A stretch of DNA of 64,000 bases from an uncultured Candidatus Saccharibacteria bacterium (GCA_964447415.1 CAYUSN010000001.1:185727-249726); one strand, 5' to 3'; numbered from the stretch's first letter, positions 49,271 through 59,280 are shown. Translations and numbers: made by a program. The notes: generated by a model from the letters alone, not told the origin.

Positions 49271-50281
49271 ATGGACGGAAAAACGAATGTTGTGCTTGCT
49301 CCGTATACCACCTTTCGAGTCGGCGGTCCCGCCGATATTTTTTATGAAGTCATTTCAGTTGAAGAACTGAAGAGTATAGTTCGTCGGCATCGCGGGGAAC
49401 GTATCACCGTGCTCGGCGGCGGTTCAAACGTATTGATATCCGATGCGGGAATACGCGGTGTGGTGATACGCATTGCAATTCCCGGCCGCGCATACGAAGA
49501 GGAAGGAGGAAGTATTCGCGCAGTCGTCGGTGCGGGAGAATCATGGGATGCGTTTGTTGCAGACTCGGTTGTAAAAAAGTATTCAGGACTTGAAAATCTT
49601 TCCGGAATTCCCGGAACCGTCGGCGCGTCGCCGATTCAAAACATCGGCGCCTACGGAACCGAAGTAAAAAATATCGTCGAGCGGGTTGAGGCGCTGAACT
49701 CGGAGACGTGTGAGGTTGAACAAATAAAGTGTGATGCGTGTGTGTTCGGATACCGCGACAGTTTTTTTAAAAAACCGGAGGGTAAAAAATATATCGTGAC
49801 TGGCGTTTCGTTTCGGCTCTCAAAGGAATTCGCACCGAACATCGCCTATAAGGACCTCGCGCTGTTTTTCGGTGATGCCATGCCGAATAATGCGCTGGCC
49901 GTTCGGGAGGCCGTGCTTTCTATAAGGAAAAAGAAATTTCCCGATATGCATGAAATAGGAACCGCCGGATCTTTCTTCAAAAACCCCGTTGTTTCCGAGG
50001 GTGTGTTTGCCTCGCTGCGTGAGCGGTACCCTGAGGTGCAGGGATATCCGTCCGGTGAGGGGCAGGTGAAAGTGTCACTGGCGTGGATACTGGATCACGT
50101 GCTGCATCTCAACGGTGTGGCGATGGGAAATATTTTTTTCAACCGCACACAACCGCTCGTGTTGTGTGCGCACAAGAGCGCGACAGCAGAAGAGATTGAT
50201 GCGGCGGCGAAAAACGTCGAGAGTATGGTGCACGACGCAACCGGCATTACTATTGAGCGTGAAGTACGCGCGCTTTCGTGA
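49271..50281 (+). CDS. murB: UDP-N-acetylenolpyruvoylglucosamine reductase MurB
   Basis: FAD-binding N-domain (APYTTFRVGGPADIF, VLGGGSNVLISDAG) and MurB C-domain; start moved to MDGKTN. Confidence 0.85.
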   Translation: MDGKTNVVLAPYTTFRVGGPADIFYEVISVEELKSIVRRHRGERITVLGGGSNVLISDAGIRGVVIRIAIPGRAYEEEGGSIRAVVGAGESWDAFVADSVVKKYSGLENLSGIPGTVGASPIQNIGAYGTEVKNIVERVEALNSETCEVEQIKCDACVFGYRDSFFKKPEGKKYIVTGVSFRLSKEFAPNIAYKDLALFFGDAMPNNALAVREAVLSIRKKKFPDMHEIGTAGSFFKNPVVSEGVFASLRERYPEVQGYPSGEGQVKVSLAWILDHVLHLNGVAMGNIFFNRTQPLVLCAHKSATAEEIDAAAKNVESMVHDATGITIEREVRALS

Positions 50282-50448
50282 GTGAAGTGCGATGCGTGTG
50301 AAAGGTTATCCACACTTTTCTTCAAAACGCATTGTATTGTGATGTCATATGACCGATACTTTTATGTAGAACATACACACAACAGTTGTGTGTTCGTGTT
50401 GGTCGATGTTTACCAAACACTACTTAGTCGTGGTACCACGACAAACAT

Positions 50449-50529
50449 ATGGCAAAAAAGAAAAAAGCAGCAAAGAAGCGAAAAGTTGCTAAGAAAGCCA
50501 AGAAGACGGCAAAGCGACGCCGCGCGTAA
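50449..50529 (+). CDS. Putative 26-aa highly basic peptide (MAKKKKAAKKRKVAKKAKKTAKRRRA)
   Basis: Manual translation; preceded by palindrome gtcgtggtaccacgac and followed by intrinsic terminator (aagaaatccccttcgggggatttttt, ~50552-50580); no SD. Confidence 0.25.
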   Translation: MAKKKKAAKKRKVAKKAKKTAKRRRA

Positions 50530-50671
50530 GCGCTCCGCTTTGTCCCACATACAAGAAATCCCCTTCGGGGGATTTTTTGTATACACGTATTTTAATATCC
50601 GTCCGTTAAAAGCGGGCATCACCGCCGAAAAGCGGGTTTTGTGGTATTATGTCCTGCATAAGCCTTAAAAT

Positions 50672-53215
50672 ATGAAGCTTTTACAGAGAATTTTCGGGGA
50701 TGAAGCGTCAAAAACAGTTGCCCGGCTGCAGAAAAGAGTCGCCGAAATTAATGCGTTGGAGCCGGTAATTGAGAAACTTTCTGACGGCGATTTGCGTGCA
50801 AAGACAGACGAACTGAAACAACGCCTGAAAGGCGGTGCGACACTCGATGACATTCTTCCCGAAGCGTTTGCGCTTGTCCGCGAAGCGGCGAAACGTACGC
50901 TCAAGCAGCGTCACTACGATGTGCAGCTTGTCGGTGGGATGATTCTCCACGAGCGAGCGATTGCCGAGATGCGCACCGGAGAAGGAAAGACGCTTGTCGC
51001 CACACTTCCCGCATATCTCAACGCGCTTGAAGAACGCGGTGTGCACATCGTGACCGTCAATGATTATCTCGCGCGACGTGATGCGGTGTGGATGGGACAA
51101 GTGTATGCGCTTCTCGGTCTCTCCGTCGGCGTGGTGAACAGTCAGCGTCAATCATTCGTGTACGATCCGTCGCACTCGGATGCCGACTCGGAACGCGACC
51201 GTGTCGGTGCGTTTAAAGTTGTCTACGAATTTTTGCGTCCGTGTGAGAAAAAGGAGGCATATGCAGCTGACATCACCTACGGAACGAACAGTGAATTCGG
51301 ATTTGACTATCTGCGCGACAACACCGTGTATCGAAAAGAGGATCTTTCCCAGCGAGAACCGGAAAAAGGCGGGCACCACTTCGCCATTGTCGACGAAATA
51401 GACTCAATTCTTATTGATGAGGCGCGTACGCCGCTTATTATTTCAATTGCGACGCGGGAAAGCGAGAAGCTGTACACCACCTTTGCCCAGATTGCCGCAC
51501 GGCTTAAGGAGGATGAAGATTATGAGACGGATGAGAAGAAACACGCCGTCCTCTTGACCGATGCGGGCATCGAAAAAGCCCAGAAAATGCTCGGTATTGA
51601 GAACATTTATACCGATGCCGGCATCCGATACGTCCATCTTCTTGAAACAGCGGTCCGTGCGAAGGCGCTGTATCGCCGCGACAAAGAATACATCGTCCGC
51701 GACGGTGAAGTTGTCATCGTGGATGAGTTTACCGGACGGCTGCAGCCGGGCAGGCGGTGGTCTGAAGGATTGCATCAGGCAATTGAAGCAAAAGAAGGCG
51801 CGCGTATTCAGGAAGAATCACGAACGCTTGCCTCTGTCACATACCAGAACTTTTTCCGCATGTACAAAAAACTGTCCGGTATGACCGGAACAGCGATAAC
51901 GAGTGAAGAGGAATTTTACAAAGTGTACGGGTTGACCGTGGTGCCGGTACCGACGCACCGGCCGTCTGCGCGTGTTGATCACAACGACTACGTGTATCAG
52001 ACCGAGAAAGGAAAATTTGAAGCGATTGCAAAACGGGTGAAGGAAGCAAATGAAAAAGGTCAGCCGGTGCTCATCGGTACGGTTTCCGTTGAAAAAAACG
52101 AATTGCTCTCGTTGCATCTGAACAAGGAGGGTATACAACACACGGTGCTTAACGCAAAAAAACATGAACAAGAAGGAGAGGTTATCGCGCAGGCGGGACG
52201 AAAGGGTGCGGTGACGGTTGCGACGAACATGGCCGGCCGCGGTGTCGACATTAAACTCGGCGGTGCCAGCGCGACAAAAGAAGAACACGATGAAATAAAA
52301 AAACTCGGCGGACTGTTTGTGCTCGGCACCGAGCGCCACGAAGCGCGGCGCATTGACGACCAGCTGCGCGGACGTTCCGGCCGTCAGGGAGACCCGGGAG
52401 AAACGCAGTTTTTTGTGTCGCTTGAAGACTCGCTCATGCGCGTGTTTGCATCCGATGCGGTGAAACGCATGATGGGACGCTTCGGTATTCCCGAAGACGT
52501 GCCGATTGAAAACAGGTTTATCAACCGATCGCTTGAGAGTGCGCAGAAAAAAATCGAAGGGCTCAACTTTGACGTTCGCAAACACGTACTTGAGTTCGAC
52601 GATGTCATCAACACACAGCGTACGTCCGTGTATGGCAAACGGCGCACGCTTCTGCTGGGAACGCACGAAGACATTGAACGCGAACTTCTGGAAATAATCG
52701 GTGATGAGGAGGGAATAGAAGCGCGTATCGCTGAGAAAAAAACGTCGCTGGGCGAGGAAGCCTTTTTTGAGGCGGTCCGCCGGCTCATGCTGCAAACGAT
52801 AGACATTATGTGGATTGACCATCTGGATCTTATGGATTACGCCCGCAGCAGCGTCAATTTACGGGCGTACGGGCAGCGCGACCCGCTTGTGGAGTATCAG
52901 AAAGAAGGAATGCGCGCATTTCGCTCCATGCAGGCGGCAATACGTGCCAATATTCTTGCGATGCTGCCGCAAATCGGCGCGGGCGCATTTGCGAAAGAAG
53001 AGGAGCAACTGCGGCGCGAGCGCGCAAAACTGCAGATGATCGGCGGGGACACGTCGGCAGGCGGAGGCGGCGCACCGCAGGCAAAAGCACATGATAAAAT
53101 CGGACGCAACGACATCGTGACCATCACTAACGGAACGGAAACTAAACAGATGAAATTCAAAAAAGCAGAAGATTTGCTTGCTGACGGCACCTGGAAAATT
53201 GTAGCCGCGTCGTAG
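50672..53215 (+). CDS. secA: Preprotein translocase ATPase SecA
   Basis: DEAD-motor Walker A MRTGEGKTLVATL, Walker B DEIDSILIDEARTPLIIS, PPXD, helical scaffold/wing domains; 847 aa. Confidence 0.9.
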   Translation: MKLLQRIFGDEASKTVARLQKRVAEINALEPVIEKLSDGDLRAKTDELKQRLKGGATLDDILPEAFALVREAAKRTLKQRHYDVQLVGGMILHERAIAEMRTGEGKTLVATLPAYLNALEERGVHIVTVNDYLARRDAVWMGQVYALLGLSVGVVNSQRQSFVYDPSHSDADSERDRVGAFKVVYEFLRPCEKKEAYAADITYGTNSEFGFDYLRDNTVYRKEDLSQREPEKGGHHFAIVDEIDSILIDEARTPLIISIATRESEKLYTTFAQIAARLKEDEDYETDEKKHAVLLTDAGIEKAQKMLGIENIYTDAGIRYVHLLETAVRAKALYRRDKEYIVRDGEVVIVDEFTGRLQPGRRWSEGLHQAIEAKEGARIQEESRTLASVTYQNFFRMYKKLSGMTGTAITSEEEFYKVYGLTVVPVPTHRPSARVDHNDYVYQTEKGKFEAIAKRVKEANEKGQPVLIGTVSVEKNELLSLHLNKEGIQHTVLNAKKHEQEGEVIAQAGRKGAVTVATNMAGRGVDIKLGGASATKEEHDEIKKLGGLFVLGTERHEARRIDDQLRGRSGRQGDPGETQFFVSLEDSLMRVFASDAVKRMMGRFGIPEDVPIENRFINRSLESAQKKIEGLNFDVRKHVLEFDDVINTQRTSVYGKRRTLLLGTHEDIERELLEIIGDEEGIEARIAEKKTSLGEEAFFEAVRRLMLQTIDIMWIDHLDLMDYARSSVNLRAYGQRDPLVEYQKEGMRAFRSMQAAIRANILAMLPQIGAGAFAKEEEQLRRERAKLQMIGGDTSAGGGGAPQAKAHDKIGRNDIVTITNGTETKQMKFKKAEDLLADGTWKIVAAS

Positions 53216-53219
53216 TGTC

Positions 53220-53897
53220 ATGATTAACGGGCTTTTTTCTTTCATTCATACCGTGTTTCAGGCGCTCGGCCCGTGGGGTGTGTTTGTGCTCGGATTTGCG
53301 CAGGAAATTATTCCGCCGATTCCTTCAACACTGGTGACGGTGTCGGCCGGATTTGTGTTTCTGGCGGGCGACGCGCTCGGGTGGGCATCGTTTTTAAAAT
53401 TGTTTCTGTATGTCGGATTGCCGATTGCTGCCGGACTGACACTGGGCTCGCTGGTGGTGTACGGTGTTGTCTATTGGGGAGGCAAACCACTTATTGATCG
53501 GTACGGAAAGTACACCGGACTGTCATGGAGTGATGTGGAAAAGATGCAGTCATACATGCGCGGGCATGTGTGGGATGATGTGGTATTTTTTGCGGCGCGG
53601 TCGTTTCCGCTTATGCCGTCGATAGCCATTAACGTATTTTCAGGGTTGGTTCGATGGCCGGTGGGTAAGTTTGTTGCGTATACTTTTTTCGGAACAATCA
53701 TTCGTTCAATGTGGTCGGGATTTATCGGCTGGGAGTTTGCACACGTGTATCAGACGTATGTGCAACAGTACGCGGTGACCGTTGAAAATGTCCAAAACGC
53801 GATCTTTCTTGCGGTTGTCGTTGCAGTCGGTGTCTATTTGTACCGTCGAAAAAAACGAAAAGCAGCCGGGCAGATGCCGCAGGAGAAAGTGCTATAA
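53220..53897 (+). CDS. DedA/SNARE-associated (VTT-domain) family membrane protein
   Basis: Polytopic; conserved IPPIPSTLVTVSAGFVF region typical of DedA family. Confidence 0.55.
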   Translation: MINGLFSFIHTVFQALGPWGVFVLGFAQEIIPPIPSTLVTVSAGFVFLAGDALGWASFLKLFLYVGLPIAAGLTLGSLVVYGVVYWGGKPLIDRYGKYTGLSWSDVEKMQSYMRGHVWDDVVFFAARSFPLMPSIAINVFSGLVRWPVGKFVAYTFFGTIIRSMWSGFIGWEFAHVYQTYVQQYAVTVENVQNAIFLAVVVAVGVYLYRRKKRKAAGQMPQEKVL

Positions 53898-53929
53898 TGT
53901 TTGCGTTATAAGTAGTGTAAAAAATTTCT

Positions 53930-54277
53930 ATGCGTATCATTTTTAAGATTATTCTTACGGCACTTGCGGTACTTGCGGCGTCATACCTGCTCCCGCAGTT
54001 TGTTTCCGTTGAGAGCTTCTATGTTGCCCTTATTGTGGCGGTGGTATTGGCGGTGCTCAACCTTATCGTCAAGCCGATTATCGTGCTTTTGACGCTCCCA
54101 ATTAACCTCGTGACGCTCGGACTTTTCACGCTTGTCATTAATGCGGGACTTTTCTGGCTTGCGTCATATTTCGTCGACGGATTTAACGTCATCGGTTTTG
54201 CGGGCGCGTTCTTAGGTGCCCTGCTTGTATCCGTGGTGGTGTGGGTCGGCCACAAACTGCTTCCTGATAACGACTAA
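53930..54277 (+). CDS. Phage-holin-family 4-TM membrane protein (Phage_holin_4_2-like)
   Basis: 115 aa, four TM helices, pattern ILTALAVLAASYLLP...ALIVAVVLAVLNLIVKPII matching the holin-X/4_2 family. Confidence 0.5.
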   Translation: MRIIFKIILTALAVLAASYLLPQFVSVESFYVALIVAVVLAVLNLIVKPIIVLLTLPINLVTLGLFTLVINAGLFWLASYFVDGFNVIGFAGAFLGALLVSVVVWVGHKLLPDND

Positions 54278-54278
54278 A

Positions 54279-55187
54279 ATGTTTTCAAAAAAGACTCGTA
54301 TTGTGACGCATAGCGGCAAGTTTCATGCCGATGATGTGTTTTCTGTTGCCGCACTCTTCCTTTCACTGGGAGACGGCAATGTTGAGGTGATTCGCACGCG
54401 TGATGACACTATCATTAGCACAGGTGACATTGTTGTGGACGTTGGAAATGTGTATGACGTCAATACCAAACGATTTGACCATCACCAAGAAGAAGGCGCG
54501 GGCAGGCGCGACAACGGTGTCCCATACGCTTCCTTCGGCTTGGTGTGGAAAACACATGGGGAGGAAATTTGTGGAGACGCAGGGGTTGCCGCGGCTGTTG
54601 ATCGCGACCTCGTACAGTCAATCGACGCGAACGATAACGGTGTTGATATTTGCATGCCAGGGGTGCAGGGGGTGTTTCCGTTTGGAATCGGGAGTGTAAT
54701 CGACCTGTTTCGCCCGACACACCTTGAAGGAGAGAATTATGACGAGGCTTTCATGCGTGCTGTGGCGTGGGCGCGTTGGGTGCTCGAGCGATTAATTAAA
54801 ATAACGCGAGACGCGAGCTCAGGAAAAGAACTTGTTAAATCGTGTTATGCCGCCGCAAAAGATAAACGACTTGTTATCTTCGATACGTCGAACGTTCTTG
54901 GTAGAGAACTCACCACCTCATTTCTTATGGAGTATCCGGAGGTGTTGTATGCGATTATTTATCGTAAGGATGTGGACTCGTGGCAGCTCATCGCTATTAA
55001 TGAAACGGAGGGAACATACCGTGTCCGCAAACCACTTCCGGAACACTGGGCAGGGAAGCGCGACGGAGAGTTTGCGAAATTGACCGGTGTTGCTGACGCC
55101 CTATTCTGTCATCGCGGGCTTTTTATGGCTGTCGCAAAATCAAAAGAAGGTGCGATTGCGCTTGCAGAGATTGCGCTCGCACAGTAA
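54279..55187 (+). CDS. MYG1/UPF0160-family metal-dependent hydrolase
   Basis: N-terminal THSGKFHADDVFSVAAL motif; start moved to MFSKKTR. Confidence 0.6.
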   Translation: MFSKKTRIVTHSGKFHADDVFSVAALFLSLGDGNVEVIRTRDDTIISTGDIVVDVGNVYDVNTKRFDHHQEEGAGRRDNGVPYASFGLVWKTHGEEICGDAGVAAAVDRDLVQSIDANDNGVDICMPGVQGVFPFGIGSVIDLFRPTHLEGENYDEAFMRAVAWARWVLERLIKITRDASSGKELVKSCYAAAKDKRLVIFDTSNVLGRELTTSFLMEYPEVLYAIIYRKDVDSWQLIAINETEGTYRVRKPLPEHWAGKRDGEFAKLTGVADALFCHRGLFMAVAKSKEGAIALAEIALAQ

Positions 55188-55199
55188 GCTTGCTCTCCC

Positions 55200-56192
55200 A
55201 TGGCATTCATCGATGAACTACATTTACACCTGAAGGCGGGCCGCGGCGGCAACGGCGTGGTGCGCTGGCTGCATCTTAAAGGAAAAGACCTGTCCGGCGC
55301 TGCAGGAGGAAACGGCGGACGCGGCGGCGACGTGGTGGCTGAAGGTATCCGCGATATCGGCGCGTTGCTGCGGTATCGTGATCAAAACCACTACGCGGCG
55401 GGCGACGGAGCGCCCGGAGGCAGCCGAAGCAAGGAGGGAAGAAACGGCAAAGATTTTGTATTTAAATTTCCGCTCGGCACGGTAATTTCGCGCACACGAC
55501 TCGGCGAGCGCTGGGAGATTCTTGAAGAAGGACAACGCGAAGTGCTGTTGAAAGGCGGCAACGGCGGATACGGAAACGAGCACTTCAAGGGTTCGCGAAA
55601 CGTCACGCCGATGCAGTCGACGAAAGGAAAGCCCGGAGACGAAGATGATTTTGAAATCGAACTGCAGTTGGTTGTTGATGCGGGACTCATCGGTATGCCG
55701 AATGCGGGGAAGTCGAGTCTGCTCAACGCGCTTACCGGCGCGCATGCAAAAGTCGGCGCGTATGAGTTTACGACGCTCAACCCGAACCTCGGGGTTATAT
55801 ACGGATACGTACTTGCCGATATTCCGGGACTTATTGAGGGTGCGGCGGAAGGACGCGGACTCGGGCATAAATTTTTGCGTCACATCAAGCGCACAAAAAT
55901 GCTCGTCCATTGTGTGTCATTTGAAAATGAAGATTTGGCAGGAGCGTACGCAACAGTGAGAAAGGAACTCTCCAAATACTCCGGAGAGTTGGCGGATAAG
56001 AGCGAGATTGTGTTGCTCACAAAATCAGACATTCTACAACCAGACGAAGTTCCTCAAAAAATAAAGGAATTTTCTGCACAAAGTGGTGTTTCTGAAGACA
56101 TGATTTTTACCGTTTCCATATACGACGATGTGTCGCTGAAGGCATTTTCCGACGCTCTGACAAAGAAAATGGGCGAATTAAAGGAGTGCTAG
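55200..56192 (+). CDS. obg: GTPase Obg
   Basis: Glycine-rich Obg fold N-domain (GGNGGRGGDVV), G1 GMPNAGKSSL, G3 DIPG, G4 TKSD. Confidence 0.9.
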   Translation: MAFIDELHLHLKAGRGGNGVVRWLHLKGKDLSGAAGGNGGRGGDVVAEGIRDIGALLRYRDQNHYAAGDGAPGGSRSKEGRNGKDFVFKFPLGTVISRTRLGERWEILEEGQREVLLKGGNGGYGNEHFKGSRNVTPMQSTKGKPGDEDDFEIELQLVVDAGLIGMPNAGKSSLLNALTGAHAKVGAYEFTTLNPNLGVIYGYVLADIPGLIEGAAEGRGLGHKFLRHIKRTKMLVHCVSFENEDLAGAYATVRKELSKYSGELADKSEIVLLTKSDILQPDEVPQKIKEFSAQSGVSEDMIFTVSIYDDVSLKAFSDALTKKMGELKEC

Positions 56193-56391
56193 TACACGGG
56201 TGTTAGCACGTGGGGTCTGACCCAACACTATACTATTGACACATCACATAAAAAGGTGTATTATATGCATGAAAGTTCTTTGAAAGTTCAGTTGCAAATT
56301 TGACCGTGGTTTTGAGCGCCTTTCAGGCCTTCAAAACCACGGTCAACGAAGACCGATGGTTACTCCGGGCAACAAAGCCCAAGGAGGTAAC

Positions 56392-57006
56392 ATGAGTTTC
56401 TCATTTCTGCTTTTCCTGTTTCTGATCCTGTTGTTGGTGGGAGTGGTCGGGACGACTTTCCTCATTTATTGTGGGGGGTCCAGCGAGCAATCCAAACAGC
56501 AGGATGAGACCTTCAAGGAGTTCACGGTGTCCAATGCCGCCACAACCAAGGAGGACTTCTTCGTCGCGTTCCCCTCGTTGAGAAGGTATCGGCACAAACC
56601 AGAATACGACAACCTAGAATTTTATCTCTGCGATTTATCGAAAGTGAGTCCCTTTATCAGTTTTAATGGAATTTCTCCCAGAGATGCTAAGGGGTTGGTT
56701 GAGCAGAAGGGATTCAGGAACGCAACACCAGAAGAATTCGTCTACTATGTCAAGAAACAAGCCCTTCTTGGGGAGAAGGGGGAGAGCTTCGGTTCTAGCG
56801 TGGTTGCGTTGGGGAAGTATGCCAATCGCACTACGGACTACCACGACACGGGGATTCTCATCTACAGCTGCTTCTATCCAGGAAGATGCTTTATCCAGAA
56901 CTGGGGCTGTAGCATGAATTTCATCCTTTACGGAGGTTTTTCCGTAGACAACACCTTTTTTCTTGGTGTGCGGGAAAAGAAGTCTAAGGAGGAATCATGT
57001 TCCTGA
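56392..57006 (+). CDS. Membrane-anchored hypothetical protein (GC-rich ORFan)
   Basis: AAGGAGG SD; N-terminal TM FLLFLFLILLLVGVVGTTFLIY; start at M13 of ORF 56356..57006. Confidence 0.4.
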   Translation: MSFSFLLFLFLILLLVGVVGTTFLIYCGGSSEQSKQQDETFKEFTVSNAATTKEDFFVAFPSLRRYRHKPEYDNLEFYLCDLSKVSPFISFNGISPRDAKGLVEQKGFRNATPEEFVYYVKKQALLGEKGESFGSSVVALGKYANRTTDYHDTGILIYSCFYPGRCFIQNWGCSMNFILYGGFSVDNTFFLGVREKKSKEESCS

Positions 57007-57563
57007 TCAAGGACGTTCCCGTCGGTCGCCTCAACGCGCTGGTCAAGAAGATCGGCGGGTTGCAGGTGATGGATGGCATTCTCGACGGCACGCTGAAGCT
57101 CACCGTCGAAAAGATCGTCGAGCCCACACCAGCCGACCTCGCTGTTTTCTTCACTACTCGGCCTGGCCTCTTGGTCACCGACGGGTTCTGGCAGCAGATT
57201 CTTGCTCTGGCGCTTGCGATGCCCGAGACGGCACCGGCCTCAGTCGGAGAGCCGTACGACCTTCGGAAGGACATGTACGATACCGAGATTCGTCAGAAAC
57301 TCGGTGAGAACCACATCTTCGAGAATGCCCGCGCGTTTTGTCGCTACCTCCAGAGGGCTCTCTCCGCGCAGTTGGGAGGTACCGAGGGGGACCTGCGCAC
57401 CTTTGGCCACGAGAACATCTTCTATGTTCGTGGCGGGGACGGGGCTGTCTTCGTGGTCTCCGTCAAGTGGAATGCCAATGGCCGAAATTGGTCCATCAGC
57501 GCCGATCATCTGCTCGACGCTGACCGGTGGTACCACGGTACTCGGGCTTTCCCTCGCAACTGA
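56997..57563 (+). CDS. Hypothetical protein (GC-rich ORFan, 188 aa)
   Basis: AAGGAGGA SD; overlaps upstream stop; high GC3; followed by terminator (ccccgcgtggcttttattggcacgcgggggcgtttt, ~57620-57655). Confidence 0.4.
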   Translation: MFLIKDVPVGRLNALVKKIGGLQVMDGILDGTLKLTVEKIVEPTPADLAVFFTTRPGLLVTDGFWQQILALALAMPETAPASVGEPYDLRKDMYDTEIRQKLGENHIFENARAFCRYLQRALSAQLGGTEGDLRTFGHENIFYVRGGDGAVFVVSVKWNANGRNWSISADHLLDADRWYHGTRAFPRN

Positions 57564-57734
57564 TCCTTGAACCCCTGGCATCTTGGCGCTTGCGTCTTGA
57601 TACCTTGGAAATCTTTCGCCCCCGCGTGGCTTTTATTGGCACGCGGGGGCGTTTTCGTATCTGACTTTAAATACAATTCAAAAATAAAGGTTCGACAGGT
57701 ATAATGATTTTGGAGGCTCATCCTTCAAAAATAT

Positions 57735-57785
57735 CATGACATCCTACATACCGACAATTGGACTTGAAATTTTCACCCAGCACTA
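57735..57785 (+). pseudogene. Relic/duplicate of the gatB N-terminus (MTSYIPTIGLEIFTQH*), divergent at synonymous sites from the functional start 90 nt downstream
   Basis: Manual translation: MTSYIPTIGLEI vs functional MTEYKPTIGLEI; nucleotide identity low despite peptide conservation; terminates inside hairpin E. Confidence 0.3.
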
Positions 57786-57804
57786 AAGCGAAGCTTAGTG
57801 CTGG
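57775..57804. promoter_or_regulatory. Palindromic element E (cccagcactaaagc-gaa-gcttagtgctggg) 23 nt upstream of gatB
   Basis: Inverted repeat with CCAGCAC core read directly. Confidence 0.45.
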
Positions 57805-57826
57805 GCAGGCGCAGTAAACCATCATC

Positions 57827-59227
57827 ATGACAGAATATAAACCTACAATAGGGCTCGAGATACACGCGGAGTTGAAAACGCAGACGAAAATGTTCTGCGA
57901 CTCTAAGAATGACCCGGACGAGAAGCGTCCGAACTGGAACGTGTGTCCGGTGTGCATGGCGCACCCCGGCACGCTCCCCGTCATCAACCGCGAGGCGGTG
58001 AAGCACGTGCTCAAAGTCGGCGTTGCCGTCGGCGGTACCATTGCCGACTACACGGAATTTGACCGAAAAAACTATTTTTACCCCGACATTCCAAAAGGGT
58101 ACCAAATCAGTCAGTATGCCTTTCCGCTTGTAACAAAAGGAGAGCTACACGGTATTGCACTTACACGCATTCATCTTGAGGAAGATACCGCGCGCTCTCA
58201 GCACGAGGGTGACCACTCGCTCGTTGATTTTAACCGTGCAGGCGTGCCGCTGATGGAATTGGTTACCGAACCGGTTATCAAGAGTGCAAAAGAGGCGGGG
58301 GATTTCGCACGTGAGCTGCAACTTTTATTGCGGTATCTCGGCGTGTCGGATGCGGACATGGAGAAAGGACATTTGCGCGTGGAGGTGAATATCTCTGTTT
58401 CAAAAGACGGCACACTTGGAACAAAGACGGAAATAAAAAATATCAACTCGTTCCGTGCGGCGGAAAAGGCGATTGAATTTGAAACACAACGGCAGACGGA
58501 GGCGCTTGAAGCGGGAGAGAAAATAGTGCAGGAGACACGCGGATGGGATGATGCGAAAGGAGAAACGTTTTCTCAGCGCGAGAAAGAATCGTCGCACGAT
58601 TACCGTTATTTTCCGGAACCCGATTTACCGAAGCTAAAAATCTCAGAGATTCCGGAATTTTCCGCCGAGGCGCTTAAAAAAGAATTACCGGAACTGCCGT
58701 GGCAGAAACGGGAACGGTATCTTGCACTCGGACTGAAAAAAGAGGACGCGAATATGTTTGTGGGCGACCCCGCATACGGAAACTTTTTTGAACAGGTTGC
58801 GGGAGAGTTGGGCGGTGACCCGAAAAAGATTCTCCTTGCGACTAATTATATTGCAGCTGACCTCGCGGGACTTTTGAAAGGAAACGAGATTTCGTTGTCC
58901 GCGAAATATTTTGCCGAACTCATCGGAATGCTTTCAGACGGTAGCGTATCTTCGCGCGGAGGAAAAGATATTCTTGCACTCATGATTAAAAAAGATGCCT
59001 CCCCGAAAAAGATTGCGGAGAAAGAGGGGTTGTTGCAGCAAAGTGACGAAGGTGCCATCGGTACAATTGTTGATGATGTCATCGCGCAAAACGAGAGTGT
59101 AGTTGCAGAATATAAAAAAGGAAAAGAAGCATCACTGCAGTTTCTTGTGGGGCAGGGCATGAAGCTTTCGAAAGGTTCGGCAAATCCGGGGGTGCTTGCA
59201 AAACTCCTCAAAGAAAAACTTTCATAA
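57827..59227 (+). CDS. gatB: Aspartyl/glutamyl-tRNA(Asn/Gln) amidotransferase subunit B
   Basis: N-terminal PTIGLEIHAELKT, GatB catalytic domain and C-terminal GatB/YqeY domain; terminator (cgccgccaaaagtcttggcggcggttt) follows. Confidence 0.9.
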   Translation: MTEYKPTIGLEIHAELKTQTKMFCDSKNDPDEKRPNWNVCPVCMAHPGTLPVINREAVKHVLKVGVAVGGTIADYTEFDRKNYFYPDIPKGYQISQYAFPLVTKGELHGIALTRIHLEEDTARSQHEGDHSLVDFNRAGVPLMELVTEPVIKSAKEAGDFARELQLLLRYLGVSDADMEKGHLRVEVNISVSKDGTLGTKTEIKNINSFRAAEKAIEFETQRQTEALEAGEKIVQETRGWDDAKGETFSQREKESSHDYRYFPEPDLPKLKISEIPEFSAEALKKELPELPWQKRERYLALGLKKEDANMFVGDPAYGNFFEQVAGELGGDPKKILLATNYIAADLAGLLKGNEISLSAKYFAELIGMLSDGSVSSRGGKDILALMIKKDASPKKIAEKEGLLQQSDEGAIGTIVDDVIAQNESVVAEYKKGKEASLQFLVGQGMKLSKGSANPGVLAKLLKEKLS

Positions 59228-59280
59228 AAACGAACGCCGCCAAAAGTCTTGGCGGCGGTTTCACGCACGGTGCGTGACGG

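Noticed and set aside
57735-57830. gatB N-terminal duplicate interpreted as a site-specific-recombination attachment-site duplication (attL/attR)
   Set aside because: The two copies share no identical core longer than ~6 nt (synonymous divergence), and no integrase gene is nearby. Kept as a finding but not called a mobile element.
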